The notes below the pieces were generated by a model. It was not told where the DNA came from, ran no database searches, and saw nothing but the letters and a program-made list of their open reading frames with translations. DNA of 64,000 nucleotides from Mustelus asterias (Eukaryota): the NCBI RefSeq assembly GCF_964213995.1, contig NC_135808.1:50530001-50594000 (forward strand), in the 5' to 3' direction. The translations under genes and the position numbers were made by a program. Shown here in pieces: positions 61,058 to 64,000 of this stretch (the stretch's first letter is position 1; every line of letters starts with the position of its first letter).

Positions 61058-61541
61058 AGTGTTAGAGACAGTCCACAGAGGAGACACAACTTGGAATAGA
61101 ACAGGGGTGAGCTAGGAGGGCAAAGGTCACTGTCAGCATTGAATTACAACTCTCTTCTTTCTCGGGACTGGGTTAGAGACACTTCTGAGGGTCAGGGGTT
61201 AAAGCACATTATTGGAGCAATGCAGAGGGAGCTTTACTCTGTATCTAACCTCATGCTGTACCTGGCTTGGGACTGTTTGATAGGGACTGTGTAGAGGGAG
61301 TTTTACTCTGTTCCTGTTCTGGGACTGTTTGATGGGGACAGTGCAGACTCGTGATAACAAGTACAACCTCTGGAAGATGCTGAAGAGTGTCAGCTGTACA
61401 ATAATAATGTGACCCTGTGAAGTGTCTGCTTCAGTAAACCAGACCTCCTTCCTGCTCACCCTGCAGTTACAATTGAAGCTTTAGTCACTGTTTAAAGGGA
61501 CAGGATTCTCATGTTATTGAGAAAATCTCCACAAGTGTTTT

Positions 61542-61547
61542 AATAAA
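61542..61547 (+). terminator. Polyadenylation signal of C2 (second signal at 61625-61630)
   Basis: AATAAA. Confidence 0.65.
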
Positions 61548-61654
61548 CCTCCATTCTCCCTGTGAATTTCTCCAGCTTCCTCTGGCTGGGCTGTTTTTTC
61601 TGTCAATGTCAATGTGTAAAAGGTAATAAACATTAAGAATATTCCGTTTCTGTC

Positions 61655-61785
61655 TGGTGAGTGCTTTGGAAATGTCCCACCTCCCCATCAGCTGATTGGC
61701 TGCATTTCACCAAGTGATTGTCCTGATTGGCTGCTTGGCCTGTCAATCAATGACACATCTGCAGAAGATTGGATTCAAAACCAAT
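61655..61785 (+). promoter_or_regulatory. Candidate 3' enhancer of cluster 2
   Basis: GGAAATGTCCC 61668-61678, CAGCTG, three ATTGG, CTGTCAATCA 61740-61749. Confidence 0.45.
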
Positions 61786-62289
61786 GATCATTCATTTGAA
61801 AATGATCAGTTTGATCTGGAATCTCTTGAGTGACAAGATTGAAACCAGAAAAGAAACTGAAAGTTGCTGGGATTAAACCATCACAATCACAATTCTCCAC
61901 CCCATATTCACCACCTCCCCCTTGACCTTAACCATCTCACGTGGTCTCACTGCTCCCATAGTTTCAATCAGAGATCAGACCATCTCTGATCACTTCCTTG
62001 TATCACTCCCCAGCCACATCCTCCTTCCACACCCCCAACCCTACCCCCTTCTGTATCCATCCCTGCAAAAACCTATTCCCCAATTCACTTACAACCGCAC
62101 TTTCCAAATCCCATCTATCTTAAATTTCATTTTACCAGAAGCCAGTTTATTCTCAGACCAGCTGAGCAGAGAGAAAACCCCTTTGTTTCTCCACACCCAA
62201 CTCTTCCAGCTGTGTCCATTGATCATTGAGCCAATGATCATCACTTGTCTTCATCAATCTAATTGGATGAACAATATAAATATCAAAGG

Positions 62290-63355
62290 ATAATGTAACA
62301 GCCTTAACCATCTCACTTGGCAGTGCATTCCAGGCCACTACCACCCTCTGTGTAAAAAAACTTCCCCTGCACATCTCTACTGAACCTTTCCCCCCTGACC
62401 CTGAACTTGTGCCCCTTGTAATTGTCATTTCTACCCTGGGAAAAAGCTTCCAACTCTTCACCTTATCTATGCCCCTCATTATTGTATAAACTTCTATCAG
62501 GTCCCCCTCAACCTCCATCTTTCCTGGGAGAACAGTCCCAGTTTATTCAATCTCACCTCAAAGCTAATGCCCTCCGTACCAGGCAACATACTGGTAAACC
62601 TTGTCTGTCCTCCCTCGAAAGCCACCACGTTCTTCTAGTAGTGTGGCGACCAGAATTGAACACAGTATTCCCAATGTGACCTAACCAACGTTTTCTATAA
62701 CTGGAACATAATTTGCCAACTTTTATCCTCGATGCTCCAGGCGATGAAGGCAAGCACGTCATATGCTTTCTTCATCAGATTTCCACCTGTGCTGCCACTT
62801 TTAAGGATCTGTGGACCTGTCCTCCCAGATCTCTGTTTGTCTCTGCTCCTGATGGTTCTGCCATTTATTTTATAGCTCCCACCTGAATTGCATCTACCAA
62901 AATGCATCATCTTGCATTTGGCTGGATTAAATTCTACCTGTCAATTCTCCACCCAATTTTCCAGCCTATCTGTATCCTGCTGTATTCTCTGACAATCTTC
63001 ATCACTATCCGCAACTCCAGCAATCTTAATATCATCTGCAAACTTTTTAATCAGACCAACTATATTTTCTTCCAAGTCACTTGTATATATTACAAACAAT
63101 AGAAGTCCCAGCACTAATCCCTGTTCAAGACCACCAGTAAGAGTTTTAACAACACCAGGTTAACACCAGTTACAGACTGCTTCTTGAAAGCATACAACGT
63201 TTTGGCCTCAACTGCTTTCTGTGGTAGCAAATTCCACAGGCTGACCACGCTCTGGGTGAAGAAATTTCTCCTCATCTCTGTCCTAAACACTCCGTCCTTA
63301 ATCCACAGGCTGTAAGCCCTGGTTCTAGACACCCCCAACATCGGTTATATCCTTC
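62290..63355 (-). mobile_element. CR1 LINE fragments
   Basis: FFTQRVVVAWNALP, MMHFGRCN and FRTEMRRNFFTQ motifs. Confidence 0.82.
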
Positions 63356-64000
63356 CTTACCAATCTCATATCATCTGGTTCACCCAGGGCTGGGAACTTG
63401 AGTGTGCATTTCTCCAAGTTTAGTTCCTTCAATGTTTTGTTTGCTCTCAGAGCTTCCCCTCTCGCCTGGCCTGCTTCATCATGTACTCTGCTCCAACACC
63501 TCACAACTGGCATCAGGTCTGGTCTGAGTACACAACCAGGTCAACTGTCCAATCAAACTTCTCCAAGGATCCGTTTCTTCCTTGGACACTGGATTCTCTT
63601 TTTGTGAGGATCTGACCCGATTTATTGGATGGGATTAACATTTACCAAATGATTGTCGGTTCAATGTCACACCTGACTTCTTTTGCTTCATGTTTTAACC
63701 GATGTGTTTAAAAGCTCCTGAAGCCTGGCTTCCAACCTGGAATTCCTTCTTGATTTCATTGATCATCCATTGATCAAATTCAACAAAACCTCCCCACAGA
63801 AAATCACCCACATTGATGATAAAGATTCCTGCTGCTCTCTCCTTGTGACACCAATTGAACAATGAACGGCTTAGATAGGATGGACGTAGGGAAGTTGTTT
63901 CCATTAACAGGGGAGACTAGGACGCGGGGGCACAGCCTTAGAATAAAAGGGAGTCACTTTAGAACAGAGATGAGGAGAAATTTCTTCAGCCAGAGAGTGG

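Larger units (their letters stand above)
46811..62220 (+). repeat. Right arm of the inverted segmental duplication (Ig kappa cluster 2)
   Basis: Reverse complement of 13363-30425 with arm-specific indels. Confidence 0.93.

Noticed and set aside
13363-62220. Inverted arms as a false duplication of two haplotypes
   Set aside because: Many arm-specific TE insertions (at least one with a TSD) and heavy mid-intron divergence exceed what allelic variation would plausibly give

Overview
Repeat-rich genomic DNA from a cartilaginous fish, most likely a shark (HE1-type V-SINEs, CR1, L2 and Penelope elements). It carries two immunoglobulin kappa-type (type III/NS4-like) light-chain clusters, arranged head-to-head in a large inverted duplication: arms ~13363-30425 and ~46811-62220, with a ~16.4 kb spacer. 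Cluster 1 (minus strand) is complete and unrearranged: promoter, leader, V with a consensus 12-RSS, J with a 23-RSS, and C. Cluster 2 (plus strand) keeps promoter, leader, 23-RSS, J and an intact C. Its V exon and 12-RSS (~395 bp) are missing, and the 61-bp V-J minisatellite has 14 units instead of 4. This V-less L-J-C unit could encode an in-frame leader-C or leader-J-C product, or act as an inversional acceptor for V1; misassembly must be excluded first. Candidate regulatory modules (PU.1/IRF composite sites, a TALE+CCAAT 3' block) are kept in both arms. The rest is a decayed endogenous retrovirus (tRNA-Phe PBS, gag-pro-pol, env remnant), a nested Gypsy element, solo LTRs, a Harbinger-type element and several minisatellites.
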